A stretch of DNA of 64,000 nucleotides from the human T2T-CHM13v2.0 reference genome, Homo sapiens: assembly GCF_009914755.1 (NCBI RefSeq), contig NC_060929.1; one strand, 5' to 3'. This document shows positions 30,537-55,636 of this stretch, piece by piece. The notes beneath the pieces are model-generated. The model saw only the letters and a list, made by a program, of their open reading frames with translations, was not told where the DNA came from and searched no databases. Within the stretch, counting starts at the first letter, position 1. Each line of letters starts with the position of its first letter. The position numbers were made by a program, and so were the translations under genes.

Positions 30537-32111
30537 GAGTAAGCAGTCCAAGGCTATCCAATTCTGTCAGCCCCACGGTGTTACTGGGAATCCAGGCTCC
30601 TTTCCTCTGTCTGCTTTGCTGTCTTTACTATGTGACCTCCATCACCGAGGCTGCTTTATAGCCCAAGATGGCTGCTGGATCACCAGCCATCAGGCAGGTA
30701 ACCATCAGGAAAGAGGAAAGACAAAAGAGAGCATGCCTGTGTACCTTTTAACCAAGAAGCATTCCTGAATGTCCCACACAGCAACTTTTGCTTGCTTTTC
30801 ATTGGCCAAGCTTAGCCACTTAGCCTGCCTAACTGCAAAGGAGACTGGAGAATGAGGTCTGTTATTTGGGTACAAAAATCAAATTTCTGTTACTAACGGA
30901 GAAAGTGGATACTGGGTAGACCAAGAGCCAAGTCTGCTTCAAAAGGTAACTGTGGAAAACACAGTGTAATGAAAATAAAGCAATATTATTAAAGTCTAGT
31001 TAGATATATTGCTTGCTAAGCCTGAGCCTTCTCTCCCATTATTAAAAAAAAAAAAAAAGGTTAGCAAGTGTTTCAGCAATGTTGAAGACATGCTATTGCC
31101 GAAGAGAGACTTTCTCCCTGATGTAATCAAAATGTCTGAACATTGAAAAGGGGACAACTTTCTCACTTTGTGATTCAGTGTTATTTAATTCCTTGTATTA
31201 TGAGAAAGGTCTCATCATACACTTTAAGAAACAATGACATAGACGAGGGTTTGAAACTTGGATTTTTCATGTTTTGTGTAACCTTAGGCAAAGTATTTTT
31301 TAAACTTTCTATTGCAGTGTAAAATACATGCAGAAAATTCACCTAAGCATAGAGCTGAGTGAATTTTCAGAAAGCAAAACTCCTCTGTAACTAGCACCAA
31401 ATCAAGAAGCAGAATGTGACGAGCACCACAGAAGCCCACACCTTGTGTCACTGTTGGGCAAGTCGCTCTAACCTTGTCTGAACCTCATCTGAAAACTGAG
31501 GAAATAATACTGACTATGTGAGGTTACTGAAAGAGACTCAAGGGAAAGGCACTAATGAAGATCAGGTGCAAAGCACATAGTAGACCCTCAATACATGGTT
31601 GAAATCATTGTTAGGAAAAAGAGAAGGAACGTTCCTCACTACTGGCTGGAAACAGGGTAAATCCCATGTAGGAAATGGCCACAGCCTATGAGTCTTGCCA
31701 TTTGGAAGGAAAAATAAGTTGGTCTTAAGCGCATGTGCTTTAAATTCAGACAGATATGGATCTGGAGTCTAGCTCAGCCAACTTCCTTCTGGGATCCTGT
31801 TTCTGACCGGTAAGACCTTACTGAGCATTAGTAAGATTTAAAAGCTCCCTGGGTGATTCTAATGTGCAGCCTGGGCTGAATATCACAGCTGTAAACTTCC
31901 GTCTCCTCGTCTGTGAAATAGAGATTTAGAAAACAGCCACTATGTCATGGGGTATTTTGCAAAATTCAGTAAAATTATGCATGATAAGCACTTAACACAG
32001 ACCCTGACCTGGAGGAAACATTCAATAACTCTTCCGTATTATTATTCTCTTAGAGCCTCAAATTATATATTTAGTCTCAGGCGGCGCCCTCCCGTAATAT
32101 CTGTTACTCCA

Positions 32112-32446
32112 CAGGTCAGCAGATGATTTCTGGAGAGGGCCAGATGGTAAATATTCTTTGCCTTGTGAGTCGTAAGAATTCTGTTGCATCCCCTCACCTC
32201 TGCTGTTGCAGTGTGAAAGCAGCCGTAGACAGTATGTAAACCAATGACACTGTCTGTGTTCCACTGAAACGTCATTTATGGACACTGAAATTTGCATTTT
32301 ATATAATTTGCACCTTTTCACCAAGTATTCCCCTTTTGATTTTTTTTTCAGCCATTTTAAAATATAAAAACCATTCATGGCTTAGACTGTCCAAAACAAA
32401 GCAGCAGACAGGATTGGGCCCACTGGCTGTAGTTTGCTGGTTCTTG
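32112..32446. mobile_element. MER58B-type hAT-Charlie element
   Basis: agggccagatggtaaatatt...gtgtgaaagcagccgtagac...ggacactgaaatttg...ggctgtagtttgc. Confidence 0.75.
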
Positions 32447-33402
32447 TTTTACTCTTCTCTCTTACTATTTTTTTCATGTGATAAAGCAGATGGCAAGGTT
32501 CCTGGAATTTTTGTATGTTCCTTTGTTAGTTTAGGGTTCTCTCTAAATTGTCTCAATCTCTCTCTCCCCCTCCTTTTCTCTCTCTTTCTTTCTCTCTCTC
32601 TCTCTCTGTTTCTCCCCACTGACCCCTGGCCATCTCCCTCTCTCTTTCCTTTCCTCTCTGTTTCTCTGCCTCTCTCTCTCTTTCTGCTTGGCACACTGCT
32701 GTGCCACACTCTACTACGGATCACACAGGCAAAGGTCTGATGCCAGAAATAGGCCCAGGACCTATCTCCCAAAACCCTGGCACAAGATCAGTGGTTTCCA
32801 CCAAATTCCAAGCTTGTGCTGAGACTTTTCAAGCCATCTCCTAGCAACCGCCTTCTGTCCCTTCTCCCTTTTTGGCCCCTGTCTCCACACCCCCTGCCAT
32901 TCAAACTTCCCCCAGACGCTGTCTTACAAAGGGGGCTGGGGATCCCAGAGCTGCTGTAGTGGGGCAAACCATCTGCGGCCCCCTCCCCCAAGACTGGAAG
33001 CCTCTCTTGGTCCTGGGATGTTAACTGGCCTTGCCATGCCTGCTCATCTCTGGAGTCTTGGGTTCTGGTCTCCAAAAGGCTGTCCGTCTGTTCCAATTTA
33101 CAGTCCTTCCTCGGCACCCAAAACCCGGCGTGTCACTGGTACTCCCTCTTTTTATTTTGTTTTTATATGTCTTTAAATCATATAATCAGAAAACTGGATT
33201 TTTTTTTAAAAGATCCACAAGCAAAATAAAACTAAGAGTGTTAGAAAATACAGGAGAATATAACACCAAACAATACTACGGGGAAAAATCTTTGTATTTG
33301 CCTCCTTGGGAACTTGTATTTGTCTAGGGCAGATGCTGAGAAGTGGCATTGCTGGATCGCAGGGTGTGTGTTTTTTATATTTTAATAGACATCATAGAAT
33401 AG

Positions 33403-38693
<5,291 letters not shown>

Positions 38694-38748
38694 TGAACAG
38701 AGGCAGAGCGGCTTCTGGGTGGGTAACCAAAGTGCTTTGTCATCACAG

Positions 38749-38881
38749 GAGGTATGAGGAGACCAGTGAGAATGAGGCAGTAGCCGAGGAAGAGGAGGAG
38801 GAGGTGGAGGAGGAGGAGGGAGAAGAGGATGTTTTCACCGAGAAAGCCTCACCTGATATGGATGGGTACCCAGCATTAAAG
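38749..38881 (+). CDS. WWC1: WWC1 coding exon 18 (Glu-rich: RYEETSENEAVAEEEEEEVEEEEGEEDVFTEKASPDMDGYPALK)
   Basis: catcacag|G and TTAAAG|gtagga; 133 nt. Confidence 0.97.
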
Positions 38882-40136
38882 GTAGGAAGGGCTGGGGGGA
38901 TAGAAGGGCTGTCGTGGGGAAGGAACCTTCAATCCTTGTGCCGAGGCAGTCAGAAAAGACTCAGAGCTAAGTCTTGGCTTCCAGCATCAGGGCACAAGCC
39001 CTCATAATGGAGTGGCCTTTGGGTCATTCTGGTGATAGTAAACCAGGAGAGGCCAACTCACCCATCTCTTTTCTTCTGCCCTCTGCATTTTCCATGACTT
39101 CTCTGGACATAACTCAAGCCTTGCAGTCAGACGGTTTGGGTTTGAATTCTGGCTCTGATACTCCCTGGCTGTGTAGTCTTAGGCAGATGACTTCATCCTT
39201 CTCAAGCTTCCATTTTCTCATCTCTAAAATGGGCACAATAATACCAACCTTGCAGATAGCCTCTAAAAATATATTTCTTTATGTGGGTCTGCCCACAGCG
39301 CGACAGGAAAAAGGCCAGACTCCCTTTGCTCCCTGCTTCCCTGCTGCACTAGGGTCACATTACAGCAGGATTCACTCTCCACAGACAGCTGGCTCCAGGA
39401 CTCCTAGAGCTAGAGCACCTGCCGTGTTTGAGCGAGGCTGCAGCTGGAGTACCGCACAGAGGTGCCTGGACACGGCAGGTGCAGTAGGACCTGGGCCCTC
39501 GTTCTAACTCCTCCACACCAAGGGGGCATCATTTTGCAATTTCTCCAGCCAGTGGGCGTGCCCTTTCTTAAAATTATATAAAGGTACTATTTAGGCTGAC
39601 AAAGGTCCTGCATGTAGGTGTTTTTGTTTGTTTATGTTTTCCTGATGACTACTGTGCACGGGCAGTAAAAACCTGATGGGTTGGTTTTAAAAACAAGATT
39701 TGCCAATTGCCTTCAGAATTCGATGAAAGCAACCGTAGTACTTTGCCAGGGCTGTGGAAGCCTTGGGTGTGGTTTTTCAAAATGTACTTGGTTTGTAAGT
39801 TTTGGGAGTGTGACATCCAGGTTGTTGGACATCACACTTTCAAAACTTTGAGACAGCTCTACTGCCCATGTGAGTTTGTTTGGGGGCTGAATGTGCTCCC
39901 ACCAGTCCCCAACCACACGTGCCACGGAGGGGTAGGGGTCGGCACACCTAGCCTTGGGTACTGTCCTGGCTGCACCAGGCTGAGCTCATCTAGCAGGGCT
40001 AATGCCAAGGAAACCCTGGTTGTGTCTGTGGGAAAAGGTGAGGTGACAGGAGGGAAGAGGAGCAGCTGAGTGGTCTCTGGTGGGTGGCTGAGACTCTGTG
40101 GACACTGGTGGCTTCAAGGTGTGACTTCTTCCTCAG

Positions 40137-40301
40137 GTGGACAAAGAGACCAACACGGAGACCCCGGCCCCATCCCCCACAGTGGTGCGACCTAAGGACC
40201 GGAGAGTGGGCACCCCGTCCCAGGGGCCATTTCTTCGAGGGAGCACCATCATCCGCTCTAAGACCTTCTCCCCAGGACCCCAGAGCCAGTACGTGTGCCG
40301 G
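40137..40301 (+). CDS. WWC1: WWC1 coding exon 19 ([15 protein letters not shown]...[17 protein letters not shown])
   Basis: cttcctcag|GTG and TGCCGG|gtaagt; 165 nt; KETNT is a dynein light chain-type motif. Confidence 0.97.
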
Positions 40302-40798
40302 GTAAGTGAGCGTGCGGCCCTCTTCTGCTCCCCTCAGGGTAGCCGAGAGCTTCACACAGGGCTGGGTGCAAATCCCATTACTCTCATGTTATTGGGTGAC
40401 TTCGGGTATGTTAACACCTCAGAGCCTCAGTTTCCTCAGGTGGAGTTCACGGGCCTACTTCATAGGATTGTTTTAGACAAGCAATAGAAAAGGCTTTGTA
40501 ATTAGTACTTGGTCAATGTTATTATCATTCCAAACAACTCACTTCCTCCTTGTTCACACTCTGCCCTGCCCTCCTGCAACCACTTGCTGAGATCAGAGGG
40601 GGACCCGTCAGTGGCCCCTAGATACACAGGCATTTCCTTCCCACCTTCAGGGCAATTCTAGTGTACAGCCTGAGGCTGCAAAATTACAGCAGATCTGGTA
40701 CCAGTTTGTTTTGTTTTTTTTAATTGAACCTGTTGCTACCAGTTTGTATTATTTTTTAATTGAACCTGCTGCTAACATTTAAAACTTTTTAAAAAGGC

Positions 40799-46981
<6,183 letters not shown>

Positions 46982-47882
46982 CTAACATCCTACACCTTAA
47001 CAAGTCTGAGGGGGAACTGGAGAGAGCAGGAGAGAGACAGCAACACAGGGGAGGCTACACAGGGAAGGCAGAGTGTGCGGGTGTGGGAGAAAGTGGACAT
47101 GGCCTCAGGTGACAGGGACAACCAACTGCCCACTCTGGGTCCCCCACCCCAACCCCCTCTTCTGTAGCTGGCTTGTACTGCAGTCTCTGGAGCACCAAAA
47201 GTTACCTGGGGAGCTTGGTGACAATGCAGATTACAAGGCCACACTTCTGACCATTTAATTCAGGCAGCTGGCGTGGGCCCTGAAAACTGCATTTTAACAA
47301 AGCTCCTTAGGGGCTTCTGGAGCAGATGTTCATGGTCCACTCCTGCAGAAATGCCACTGATCTCCTACTTGCTCCCCCTGCGTTTCCCACAGCTCCCTTC
47401 TAAGGCAGGCCCTACAGGAGCAGGTCCCCTTCATCATCCCCTGTTCCCCTTAACCAAGAGAATGACTTAATAAGGGAGCCCCGATGGTGGGTCTGAGCCC
47501 ACATTTCCCTCGGGTCCTGAGGAACAGGAGAATCCAGAGGCTGGGCCTGGGCCCTTGGGCACTGCTCCTTGCTTCCACGCACTACCTGAGCTGTGTTGTC
47601 TCTACCGCAGCCTGCCCAACTTCTGAGACTGGACAGACGAAGCAAAAGAATCTTTATTTGTTGCTCTGAGAACTTGAGCCACGTAGATCACTCAGCTGGA
47701 TTTCCTTGATCCTGCTCATTTATAAGTGCAGAGCAGACCATGTTCAACCTAGAAGAGCATTCTAGAAATTCTTCCTAGAGCTGTCTTATATTCCTAATAG
47801 TATGCTTGCCAGCCGTGCAAAATGAGACTAGGTCTTATGGTAATGCTTCTTATACTGTGTCTGAAATCTCTGTATTGGTCAT

Positions 47883-48990
47883 TGTATTTGTTTTCTATTG
47901 CTGCATAATAAATCACCACAAACTTAGCAGCCTAAAGTAATACAAATGCCTTACTTCACAGTTTCCGCTGGTCAGGAGCTTAAGCACAGGTTAGCTGAGC
48001 TCTGCCCAGGGTTTTAGCAGGCTGAAACCTCTAAGTGTTAAATGGCCACATACTCATCTGGAGGCTTGACTAAGGAAACATCTGATCCAGGCACTGCCTC
48101 CAGATGTTGGCAGAATTTATTACTTTGTATTATCTTGCTAGCTGTCAGCTGGGGGTTTAGGGGAGCACTTTCAGCTCCTAGAGGTCACTCTCAGGTTTTT
48201 GCCCTGTGACGGTCTCTACAACATGCTTTATTTACTTCTTTAAGGCCAGCAGAAGAGCCCAGCCAGGAAAAGCCCAGGCCATCTTTTAGGGGCTTACCTG
48301 ATGAAAGGAGAGGAGATTATACAGGGCGTGTATATTAGCAATGGGATTTGAGAAACCATTTTAGAATTCTGACTCCCACAGTCATGAATTATTGTTTTTT
48401 AATCGTTAGTGATTTTTGATGGGAGGAGAGTTAATGATTGTATTAATCAGGGTCTTTTACGTATAGATAACTGAAGAACCCAACTCAAATACAGCTTAAA
48501 AATGAAAGAGGGAATTTATTGTCTCATTTAATGAAAAAATCCAGGATGTTGGACTACCTTCAGGCATGGCTTGATCCAGAGGTTGAAATGATGTCATCAG
48601 GCCTCAGCCCCTTTCTCATGGCATTGCTCCCTCTGTACAGCTTAATTCTCAAACAGGTCACCCCACAAGTAAAGATGACCATGATCAGTCCCAGGTTTAT
48701 ATCTTGAAGGCTTAGCAACCTCTGTGTAAAGACATTGTCTCTTTTCCAAGTAGTTCAGCAAAGTGCCAGAATTGAGTATTAATGGCTGGGCTTTGATAAC
48801 ATGCTTACCTCTGAACCTGTCACTGAGATGCAGACTGGCCAGGTTCAGGTCACATTCCTATCCCTGATGCCCCACACAAACCAGGTGGATTGAGTGCAGA
48901 GGAGGAGGTCTCCAAGGGAAGGTGAGGGCATTGTTACTCTAAGGCTGGGGAAACAAATGGTGGACAAGCAGAAACAATAGGGGCCCATTA
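47883..48990 (-). mobile_element. Two old MLT1-family LTR relics (~47883-48380 and ~48440-48990)
   Basis: ttctattgctgcataataaatcaccacaaacttagcagc...ttttagaattctg; acccaactcaaatacagcttaaa...gggaatttattg. Confidence 0.6.
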
Positions 48991-49513
48991 CAGGAACACA
49001 AAGTCAAGAAGACATGACTTCTGCCCTCAAGCAGGAACAGACCTGTATTGGGGAAACAACTTCAGAACAGTACAGTGACAGGAATCAATAATTGAGAACG
49101 TACATATGGAGGGTGCTGAGAGTACTGAAGCTGGCACAGTGTACAGAGAGGGCGGGTGGGGACTGCAGCCAGCTTCCTGGAGTGGAGCTTCAGCTTTACC
49201 ACACATATCCTGTGGGACTTAACCTCTGCATGCCTCATCTGTGCAGATGATAACCCTCGGGACCTCCTAGGTTTGTGAAAATGAAACGAGGTTATGGAAA
49301 TGAAGTGCTTAGTGCCGTTCCTGGGACATAATAAATGCCCAATAAACATGAGCTGAGTGGGAGAATTCAAAACAGGCTTCCCAGGGAAGGGCAAGCCCCA
49401 TTCGGAAGGAGTGGATGCCTACAAGAGAGGGTATTTGAGGGTCAGAGAAAGAGGCTGGGTGGGCTCACTGGGCAGAGCTCTAATAACAAGAGAAGCCGTC
49501 CCCACCCCCACAG

Positions 49514-49747
49514 CCTTCCTCGGTCAAGTCGCTGCGCTCCGAGCGTCTGATCCGTACCTCGCTGGACCTGGAGTTAGACCTGCAGGCGACAAGAACCTGG
49601 CACAGCCAACTGACCCAGGAGATCTCGGTGCTGAAGGAGCTCAAGGAGCAGCTGGAACAAGCCAAGAGCCACGGGGAGAAGGAGCTGCCACAGTGGTTGC
49701 GTGAGGACGAGCGTTTCCGCCTGCTGCTGAGGATGCTGGAGAAGCGG
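49514..49747 (+). CDS. WWC1: WWC1 coding exon 21 ([25 protein letters not shown]...LLLRMLEKR); alternative acceptor at 49496 adds PSPPPQ
   Basis: ccccacag|CCT and AAGCGG|gtgagt; 234 nt (252 nt with upstream aag|CCG). Confidence 0.96.
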
Positions 49748-50244
49748 GTGAGTTCTGCCTCGAAGGCAGGGGAGCCCTGCGCTCTGCCCCAGAGAGTCGG
49801 GGGGCACTGCCCCGGGGAAGAGAGGCCAGAGCTCATGATGCATCCTACAATTCCCACCACAGGTTCCACTGAGGGTGTTCCACCCATCCCTCGTTCCCAT
49901 CAGGAGAGGGATCCAGGAATCCCTTTGCACACTCAACTTTATGAACCTTTCACCTGGCTGCAAGGCCCATTTACTGCATTTGTTGTTGTGATTTTGTGTG
50001 CAAGCCCTTATTATTCACACATGTACTCATCATGCAGTTCTTCATGAAATACGTAGGGTACCCAGTCTGTGCCACAGCACGCACTTTAAAAGAGTAACAA
50101 TAGGACACTGACCTGCCTCGATGCCTGCCCAGGAAGTCCCACAGGGCAGCCCTTGCCAAAGGGGGAGAAGGGCTGGTCACACCAGGGCCTTCTGCTAACA
50201 AGGATGCCCTGGAGTACAAGTCGGCTGGCACCTCTGCCCTGCTA

Positions 50245-50332
50245 TAATGAGTTTAAGGGATTTAGGGGTTGATCAAGGAGAAAGATATAACCTCAAAATG
50301 GTGTTAGCACACAAAGTTTTATATCAGCTGTG

Positions 50333-50369
<37 letters not shown>

Positions 50370-51066
50370 GAGATGGGTTTTCTCTCTGTCGCCCGGGCTG
50401 GAGTGTGGTGGCATGATGGCTCACTGCAACCTCCACCTCCCAGGCTCTAATTGATCCTCCCACCTTAGCCTCCTGAGTAACTGTGTTGACAGGTGCATAC
50501 CAATATGCCCGGCTAATTTTTGTATTTTTTGTAGAGATGGGGTTTCACCATGTTGCCCAGGCTGGTCTCGAACTCCTGGGCTCAAACATTCAACCTGCCT
50601 CGGCCTCCCAAAGTGTTGCGATTACAGGCATGAGCCAGCGTGCCTAGCTTGCACTGCGCTTTGACAGGTTTGCATGCAGGGGAAGTCCCTCACAGCATGA
50701 GACCTTCCAAAGGTGCTGGGGGCTACTGCCCAGTGTGGAGGAAGGCAAGGGAACTCCTAGGGGAGAGCTCGGGAAGAGGGACCATCTAGGTTAGGTAGCT
50801 CTGCAGCACGATGGGGAGTCTCTGGGTCAGAGAACTCCAAAGCACAGCAGCAGCTTGGGGTCTCTTATAGGCCCAGGGTTTATCTATCTATGGCTAACAA
50901 ATGTTGGGTACAGTTTCACAGGGTATGCAAAACAGGAAGGTTGTATATGGCTTTAAAAGCTGCTTATTTGAGCTATATTTAAAACAACTGGAAGGGTAAA
51001 AATTTGAGTTTGGCACCAGCAGGCTTTTAAGCCAACAGGTCCCAGACTGCCATGAAGAAATAAACA
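50245..51066 (-). mobile_element. Probable ERV LTR relic interrupted by an antisense Alu (50334-50648)
   Basis: The Alu is certain; LTR nature of the flanks is inferred from composition and termini only. Confidence 0.4.
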
Positions 51067-51118
51067 ATATGGGACCAATATGCAAGGGCCAATATAGGAC
51101 CAATATAGGACCAATATG
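51065..51118 (+). repeat. Short minisatellite, ~11-bp unit GGACCAATATA (4-5 degenerate copies)
   Basis: caatatgggaccaatatgcaagggccaatataggaccaatataggaccaatatg. Confidence 0.85.
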
Positions 51119-51771
51119 AAAAATTTCATAAATTTTTCATTTATGAAAAATAATACCTGCCACTCTGTGATCGCCACCCACGGCAAAAAAGACTTTTGCT
51201 AGTTCTCTGTGCACACAGCCAGCCTTGCTGAGAGCACCTTACAGAGGGTGCCTACCTGAACTCTCAGGACCATCAGCTGAAATCTCAGTGCTGAATACAG
51301 GTGGTGATGCCCTAGGGCAGGAAGATGACGCCGGACTTCTTAGGCCTGGACTGATATGGGAGCTTCAAACTGACTCTGGCAGTTCTAAAGTTCCAGAAAA
51401 GTTTATTTCTTTCTTATTTATACCCTGTTTACTTATAAACAGGATTATAACAAGAACATTGAGGGGAAAACAGAAAATTGGAAGGCTTGAAGGAGGAGAG
51501 GAAATAAATATATCCCAAATCTAAAGTAGCCTAATTATAGTTAGATATTATGTTTATCTTTGAGCTTCCTGGTAACCAAGGCAAAAAGAGATCAGAAAAC
51601 AAGTGCCTATGTGCCCTACCTTAACACTTGATCTTATTCGAAAGACTGAGAAGTAATATGTGCCCTGACTTAAGAAAAACAAACTAGAAAACTTGACCTT
51701 TCAAATAGTAAAAAAAAAAAAAAATTAGCATCTATGACTTCTAACAAAGAACCATTGATATGATGGCTTTA

Positions 51772-52078
<307 letters not shown>

Positions 52079-52631
52079 TTATTTACCAAAATTCTGTCTT
52101 TGTGCAATGTTTTCAAGTATATGGTACGTGGATATTTTAGGGCTGTCTGTGGTTTGTTCTCAAAAGTGTTTACATACGTTTACATTAGGAGGAAGGGGCA
52201 TAGTGTTATACCCAAGCCTCTTAAGAACTACTGCATGGCTTGGGACTGAGTTTCCACCACTTCTTAGTAGTCTGACATTAAAGAAATTTCTTACTTTGCT
52301 GGAGCCTAAGTTCCCTGGGTAAAATAGAGGTAATAACATCTACCCTCCTAGGTGGCCTGAGGATTAGAGGTAGCGCACATTTCAACAGGCAGCCCTCATC
52401 TCCTCAATTCCTCAGATCCACAGTTATTCCGTTTCCTGGCCCCAAAAATCTAGTCACTCAAACAGATGATTTGAGCACTTCCCATTATCGTTCTGAATGA
52501 AGTGGATCCCACATGGAGCAAGAGTGAGGGTGCCGTCCCTACAGTAGCCCCCTCTGTTGTGATAGCGAGTTCTCCTTGCCCCTTTCTGGAGGCCCCCTCC
52601 ACTGACTCAGGGCCTTGCTTGCTTTGCCCAG

Positions 52632-52756
52632 CAGATGGACCGAGCGGAGCACAAGGGTGAGCTTCAGACAGACAAGATGATGAGGGCAGCTGCCAAGGAT
52701 GTGCACAGGCTCCGAGGCCAGAGCTGTAAGGAACCCCCAGAAGTTCAGTCTTTCAG
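52632..52756 (+). CDS. WWC1: WWC1 coding exon 22 ([42 protein letters not shown])
   Basis: cccag|CAG|ATG NAGNAG acceptor; TTCAG|gtaagc; 125 nt. Confidence 0.96.
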
Positions 52757-53492
52757 GTAAGCAGAGGGCCCCGGCAGCCCCCCATCCCTTTCTCAGCCAA
52801 CCCACGGCCTTAGTCTTCTGTCTGTGGTCTTACTGCTCTCATCCCTTGCTCACAGAGCACTGGCTTTCCCTGTAACAGATGTTCATCCTCCGCCAAGCCA
52901 TCCCTGGCGATCCATGAGCTCTGCAGCGCTCTTCCCTTGGCTGTCTTTATCAGTCCCCACACAACTCGAGCTAATTTGTTAGATCCTCTTGTTTAATGAA
53001 TGAGCCACCTGCTCCAGCCTTTCCTCGTAGTGTTTTCCTTACTGGTAATTGTGGAGGGTTGGCTGAATGATAAATAAACCTAGGGGTGATGGATGCTCGC
53101 TGGGCCTCCCTGGCTCTGCCTGCCACCTGCTAGGATCTCAGGGAGGTGCTATCTTGCCATGCTGGACCCGGGTGTATTCTCGGAGGGTCCCGAATGCCAT
53201 TTGGCCTGGGCCTCCCATCCACAGAGGCCCTAGCGTTTAGACTTCTGATGTCCTCTCAAACAAGGTACACATGTTTGTGTATGTGCTTTAAAAAAAAAAA
53301 AATTCCTTTGTGGAATATAAACATTTAAAATGTATATTTGTACAACTATCTTTGGGCATCTCTTAACTTTTTAACAAATTGAGAATCTGAAACAAACAAA
53401 CATTAGAAGTGGCCCAAGGGTCCTTTTAAACTGAGAAGCCTCTGACTGGATTTGAACTAAGAGTCATCGTTCATGCTAATGGTCTTTTAAAG

Positions 53493-53716
53493 CAGTGGTT
53501 CTCAACCAGGGGTGATTTCTCCCCTTCCCCCTGGAACATTTGGCAATGAGCTTACGTTTTGGGTTGTCATAACTGGAGGTCAAGGATACAGCCAGCATCT
53601 AGAGGGTAAGAGGCCAAGGACGTTGCTAAACATTCTGCAGCGAATGTATAGGACAGCTCCCACGACAAAGAATTATCCTGCCCAGAATCTCTGTAGAGCG
53701 AGGTTGAAAACCCCTG
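53493..53716. mobile_element. MER20 hAT-Charlie element immediately upstream of the last acceptor
   Basis: cagtggttctcaaccagggg...ggttgaaaacccctg termini; degenerate 8-bp TSD ttttaaag/ctctaaag. Confidence 0.85.
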
Positions 53717-53742
53717 CTCTAAAGGGATGGCCTCTCTTATAG

Positions 53743-53809
53743 GGAGAAGATGGCATTTTTCACCCGGCCTCGGATGAATATCCCAGCTCTCTCTGCAGAT
53801 GACGTCTAA
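53743..53809 (+). CDS. WWC1: WWC1 terminal exon 23, coding part (EKMAFFTRPRMNIPALSADDV*; C-terminal PDZ-binding motif)
   Basis: ctcttatag|G; TAA at 53807-53809; C-terminal ADDV. Confidence 0.97.
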
Positions 53810-54527
53810 TCGCCAGAAAAGTATTTCCTTTGTTCCACTGACCAGGCTGTGAACATTGACTGTGGCTAAAGTTATTTATGTGGTGTTATATGAAGGTACT
53901 GAGTCACAAGTCCTCTAGTGCTCTTGTTGGTTTGAAGATGAACCGACTTTTTAGTTTGGGTCCTACTGTTGTTATTAAAAACAGAACAAAAACAAAACAC
54001 ACACACACACAAAAACAGAAACAAAAAAAACCAGCATTAAAATAATAAGATTGTATAGTTTGTATATTTAGGAGTGTATTTTTGGGAAAGAAAATTTAAA
54101 TGAACTAAAGCAGTATTGAGTTGCTGCTCTTCTTAAAATCGTTTAGATTTTTTTTGGTTTGTACAGCTCCACCTTTTAGAGGTCTTACTGCAATAAGAAG
54201 TAATGCCTGGGGGACGGTAATCCTAATAGGACGTCCCGCACTTGTCACAGTACAGCTAATTTTTCCTAGTTAACATATTTTGTACAATATTAAAAAAATG
54301 CACAGAAACCATTGGGGGGGATTCAGAGGTGCATCCACGGATCTTCTTGAGCTGTGACGTGTTTTTATGTGGCTGCCCAACGTGGAGCGGGCAGTGTGAT
54401 AGGCTGGGTGGGCTAAGCAGCCTAGTCTATGTGGGTGACAGGCCACGCTGGTCTCAGATGCCCAGTGAAGCCACTAACATGAGTGAGGGGAGGGCTGTGG
54501 GGAACTCCATTCAGTTTTATCTCCATC

Positions 54528-54533
54528 AATAAA
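54528..54533 (+). terminator. Proximal polyadenylation signal AATAAA
   Basis: AATAAA followed ~15 nt later by CA and then a U-rich downstream element (tcttcctcttgctctctttt). Confidence 0.8.
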
Positions 54534-55121
54534 GTGGCCTTTCAAAAAGAATCTTCCTCTTGCTCTCTTTTTCTTTCCTACCCCTCACTTCATCTGTTTC
54601 CCTGATTTTTGACTCTCCCCTTTCCAGTCATTTCTTTCCCACCCATCCGCAGTCCTGGAAACATTTATTTTTTCTTTTGCCCACTGTTTTCATTTGCTCA
54701 TTAAATTAAAATGACTGCTCGGCTCATTGGGAATCCACATCCCCAAGTTAGACTGGGGATATGCTCTCTGTACTGTCTCCTTCTATGGAATTCCACCCCA
54801 CCCAGAGAGAGATGACTTCACAGTTTGTTCATATGAGCATCATCCCATGTCGTCCCCAACCCAGGGCTGGTAGGTGCTACAGCTTGTGCTTCATGCTGCT
54901 CCTGTGGCCCCTATTCCTACCCAGCTCAGAGCTTTGCAGGGTCTACTGCAGACAATCAGAAGTCAGTTTCTAACAAATAGCAACAGCCACAAATCTCTTC
55001 CTCCTTCCTCTCTGACATTACCCTGTGCAACTTTTCTCAAAGTCTGTTGCACCACTCAGCAAAGCAAGTTGCACCAGCTATATCAGAATCACCTGGGGCA
55101 GCCTATTAAAAATGCAGACTG

Positions 55122-55636
<515 letters not shown>

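Noticed and set aside
51065-51118. Short direct repeats as a CRISPR-like array
   Set aside because: No unique spacers, human context; simple minisatellite
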